Below, piece by piece: positions 17,241-17,465 of a stretch of DNA of 17,465 nucleotides; within the stretch, counting starts at the first letter, position 1; every line of letters starts with the position of its first letter. A program made the translations under genes and the position numbers. The DNA lies in the NCBI GenBank assembly GCA_049423385.1, contig JBMSQQ010000071.1, positions 1 to 17,465 on the forward strand, written 5' to 3'. The notes below the pieces were generated by a model, which worked only from the letters and a program-made list of their open reading frames with translations, did not search any database and was not told the DNA's origin. The stretch is from Silvanigrellaceae bacterium (GTDB lineage Bacteria > Bdellovibrionota_B > Oligoflexia > Silvanigrellales > Silvanigrellaceae).

Positions 17241-17465
17241 ATGCGCATCCGGACTGTCCTGCAGCGCTGTTCGCGGGCAGAGGTTGTCATCGACGGGAAG
17301 TCCCGTGGCTGCATGGGCAGCGGATTGTTGCTTCTCACAGCTTTTGGCAAAACAGTTCCTGACACGTCGCCAGAAAGTCTCGGCAGATTTTTGGAGATGT
17401 CGATCGGCGCAAGACAAGCCATTCTGGAACCATTGTTTCAGAAATGGTGGGACAAGTTGTCACAG
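17241..17465 (+). CDS. dtd: D-aminoacyl-tRNA deacylase, N-terminal 75 aa; runs off the window
   Basis: Not in the ORF track. Manual translation MRIRTVLQRCSRAEVVIDGKSRGCMGSGLLLLTAFGK... matches the Dtd N-terminus (MxxxxQRVxxAxVxVxGxxxGxIGxGLLxLxG). An in-frame GTG at 17202 is an alternative start. The catalytic SQFTL and GP motifs would lie outside the window. Confidence 0.82.
   Translation, partial: MRIRTVLQRCSRAEVVIDGKSRGCMGSGLLLLTAFGKTVPDTSPESLGRFLEMSIGARQAILEPLFQKWWDKLSQ

Overview
Gene-dense bacterial chromosomal window of roughly 50% GC. Housekeeping genes are: the 5' part of uvrB (-, runs off the left edge), asnS (+), pyrG (+), hemL (+) and the 5' part of dtd (+, runs off the right edge). 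Between asnS and pyrG is an ~11-kb co-oriented minus-strand block. In transcription order it encodes a 591-aa helical hypothetical protein, an AsnB-family glutamine amidotransferase, a small Cys-rich lipoprotein, a large multi-TM sensor-HisKA-HATPase-REC-class III adenylate cyclase, a secreted LprI-like/RsiV-PdaC-like protein and a 428-aa lipoprotein. A further orphan lipoprotein lies between pyrG and hemL. The many orphan lipoproteins suggest a Bdellovibrionota/Oligoflexia-like organism (inference only). I saw no tRNA, rRNA, CRISPR array, integrase or transposase. The best leads are: (i) a hairpin with a C-rich 5' arm that sequesters the pyrG Shine-Dalgarno, suggesting CTP-sensitive control; (ii) the minus-strand block as a possible lysozyme/cell-wall protection and cAMP-signalling module; (iii) a perfect 13-bp inverted repeat written into the 3' ends of two convergent genes; (iv) a ~20-aa insertion in Dtd.
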